A DNA stretch of 64,000 bases, from assembly GCA_963760625.1 (NCBI GenBank), contig CAVXDU010000015.1:17707-81706 (forward strand). Reading direction: 5' to 3'. Source of the DNA: an uncultured Chloroflexia bacterium. GTDB lineage: Bacteria; Chloroflexota; Limnocylindria; Limnocylindrales; CSP1-4. Below are positions 62,293 through 64,000 of the stretch, one piece after another; within the stretch, counting starts at the first letter, position 1, and every line of letters begins with the position of its first letter. The notes under the pieces were generated by a model. That model was given only the letters and a program-made list of their open reading frames with translations. It ran no database searches and was not told the DNA's origin. The position numbers and the translations under genes were made by a program.

Positions 62293-62971
62293 ATGTCGTA
62301 TCCGATTCTCCGGTTCCGCGACCAGTCTGAGGGTCAATGGGGCCTCATCACGCTGCAGCAGGTCAGGGCCGCCGGGGTCGCGTGGCGATACCCTGACCCG
62401 GCTTGTCGATGCCGGGCTGCTCGAGCGGGTGGCGCATGGCGTCTACCGGATGCGAGGTACCCCGGAACCCGACCACCTTGATCTGCGGGCTGCCTGGCTG
62501 CAGCTGGATCCGACCCGGTCGGCCTGGCAGCGCCTGGATGACCCAAACGTCGCCGTCGTCTCGCACGCGTCCGCCGCCGCCATGTTCGGAGTCGGTGACC
62601 TGCGCGCCGATGTACACGAGTTCATCCTGCCGCATCGACGCCAGACCCGACGACCCGACGTCCGACTCCACCGGGGCAAGGTGCCATCGGCGGGTCGCGT
62701 CCTCCTCGGAGGCCTGCCGACGGCTCGACCGTCCGTGATGATCAGCCAACTGCTGGCCGATCACGTCGACCCGGAAGCGGTCGCCGAGATCACCACCGAG
62801 GTCCTCGACCGCGTCCTCGAGTACCCACGGGGCATCGCAGACGCTCTCGTGCCGTATGCCCATCGCTTCGGCCACCAACGGGGCGACGGGGTCGCTCTTC
62901 TCGACGAGTTCCTGCAGCGGGCCGGCTCGCGGGATCACGAAGCGCTCCTCGCGGCGGCTCGGCGCGCATGA
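62293..62971 (+). CDS. abiEi: Type IV TA / abortive-infection antitoxin AbiEi (one frameshift near 62380)
   Basis: MSYPILRFRDQSEGQWGLITLQQVRAAGV, then LTRLVDAGLLERVAHGVYRMRG...AAWLQLDP...VVSHASAAAMFGVGDL. The stop overlaps the abiEii ATG in the sequence ATGA. Confidence 0.75.
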
Positions 62972-63879
62972 CCGACAGCGGCTACCCCGATCCTGCGGCC
63001 CTCCGCCAAGCCATCACGGATCGCCTCCGCCAACTTGCGCGTGAGCGGCCCGGAGCGCAACTCGCCGACCTGCAGCGCCAGTTCGCCTATGACCGCCTGC
63101 TCGTCCGGCTGTTCACGTCCGAGCCCGATGCATGGGTGTTGAAGGGCGCGACAGCCCTGCTCGCACGTATGCACGGCTCGGCCCGACACACCGTTGATAT
63201 CGACCTGTACCGACAGCATGGATCACTCGACGCCGCTGAGGCGGCCCTACAGACCGCTGCGGCGACCGATCTCGGCGACTTCTTTCGGTTCACGCTTGCA
63301 CCTGGGCGGTATGTGGCCGCGGGACGAACGACGCTCCGGATCCCGGTCAGGACCTACCTTGGGGCCACCGACTTCGCTCGCTTCCACGTCGACCTGGTCA
63401 CCGCCCTCGAAATGACCGGTCAACCCGAGGACGCGGGGTCGCTTGTCCCTATCGAGTTGTCTGGGATCCGTGGCGTCCGATATCGCGTGTACCCGATCGC
63501 CGACCATGTGGCGGACAAGGTCTGTGCGCTGCTCGAACGGCATCCGAGAGCTTCCGGACCCGCGCAGGCCAGCACCCGCTACCGTGACCTTGCCGACCTC
63601 GCCCTGATGGCTCACACCCAGTTCGTCACGGCTGGGCAGTTGCAGCACTCGATCGACTCCGAGGCGCGGCGACGAGGATTCGAGTTGCCCTCGACGTTGC
63701 CGGCCCTCGATGCTCCCGGCTGGCGAGCCGGATACGCGCGGGTGGCGCGGGACGCACTGGGCGTGCTGGAACACGACCTGGCGGATGCGCTGGCGACGGT
63801 GCGACGGTTCATCGATCCCGTCCTCGATGGGACTGCGACGGGGCCATGGGATCGATTGGAGCTGCAGTGGGCCACGTGA
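62968..63879 (+). CDS. abiEii: AbiEii/AbiGii-family nucleotidyltransferase toxin (DUF1814)
   Basis: Intact 303 aa. FAYDRLLVRLF...WVLKGATALLARM...RHTVDIDL...DFFRF...FHVDL..., with the canonical pairing to AbiEi. Confidence 0.8.
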   Translation: MTDSGYPDPAALRQAITDRLRQLARERPGAQLADLQRQFAYDRLLVRLFTSEPDAWVLKGATALLARMHGSARHTVDIDLYRQHGSLDAAEAALQTAAATDLGDFFRFTLAPGRYVAAGRTTLRIPVRTYLGATDFARFHVDLVTALEMTGQPEDAGSLVPIELSGIRGVRYRVYPIADHVADKVCALLERHPRASGPAQASTRYRDLADLALMAHTQFVTAGQLQHSIDSEARRRGFELPSTLPALDAPGWRAGYARVARDALGVLEHDLADALATVRRFIDPVLDGTATGPWDRLELQWAT

Positions 63880-63883
63880 CCCG

Positions 63884-64000
63884 GATGGAGTCCGCGAGCG
63901 GGCACCCGTGACCGGTCCTGGTCGACGCGGATGGAGTCCGCGAGCGGGCACCCGTGACCGGTCCTGGTCGACGCGGATGGAGTCCGCGAGCGGGCACCCG
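63884..64000. repeat. 46-bp perfect tandem repeat, at least 2.5 units, running off the window end
   Basis: The unit gatggagtccgcgagcgggcacccgtgaccggtcctggtcgacgcg starts at 63884, 63930 and 63976. The unit junction forms the hairpin CGCGGA-tggag-TCCGCG. Confidence 0.9.

Noticed and set aside
63884-64000. Possible CRISPR array (regular 46-bp periodicity with a hairpin)
   Set aside because: The units are directly adjacent and identical over all 46 bp, with no unique spacers. No cas genes are in the window. It is treated as a tandem repeat.
1-64000. Widespread pseudogenisation (a reductive or decaying genome) as the explanation for the broken genes
   Set aside because: Essential replication and repair genes are hit at the same rate as accessory genes, and the protein motifs are otherwise perfectly conserved. 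This argues for sequencing or assembly indels. Only genes lacking whole termini (17920-19612, 9312-9385, 49656-49814) are called pseudogenes.

Overview
High-GC (about 70% by eye) chromosomal segment from an Actinomycetota-like bacterium; the taxon cannot be proven from sequence alone. Recognisable content, in order: two tandem M14 carboxypeptidases; an HD-GYP response regulator; a PlsC-like acyltransferase; a TetR/ABC-2 efflux operon; two cupin-adenylate cyclase fusions plus a stand-alone cupin; an S1 protease; dnaE; a decayed and an apparently functional inositol-type (iol) sugar cluster with CUT1 and CUT2 ABC transporters and a LacI regulator; a stress/membrane operon; an arsenic/metal island (ArsR-PTP, ArsC, CDF, ArsM, ArsR); tRNA-Leu(CAA); two ECF sigma/anti-sigma pairs; polA; a cupredoxin; mutM; and a toxin-antitoxin/Abi island (vapBC, phd-PIN, abiEi/abiEii). 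Most CDS longer than about 700 bp need one or more single-nucleotide frameshifts to be read, including the essential dnaE and polA. This looks like assembly indel noise rather than gene decay, so many coordinates and frames are approximate. The most unusual structure is a family of five co-oriented, strictly intergenic mosaic inverted-repeat elements of about 170-205 bp (15553, 23001, 33699, 59584, 60648) that I cannot assign to any known RNA or IS family. Two of them bracket a vapBC module, and that module is itself flanked by 47/48-bp direct repeats at the 3' end of mutM, giving a cassette of about 1.44 kb. Other oddities are several tandem-repeat arrays (12, 18, 21/22, 24 and 46 bp), a low-complexity insertion of about 250 aa in DnaE, and several truncated gene stubs.
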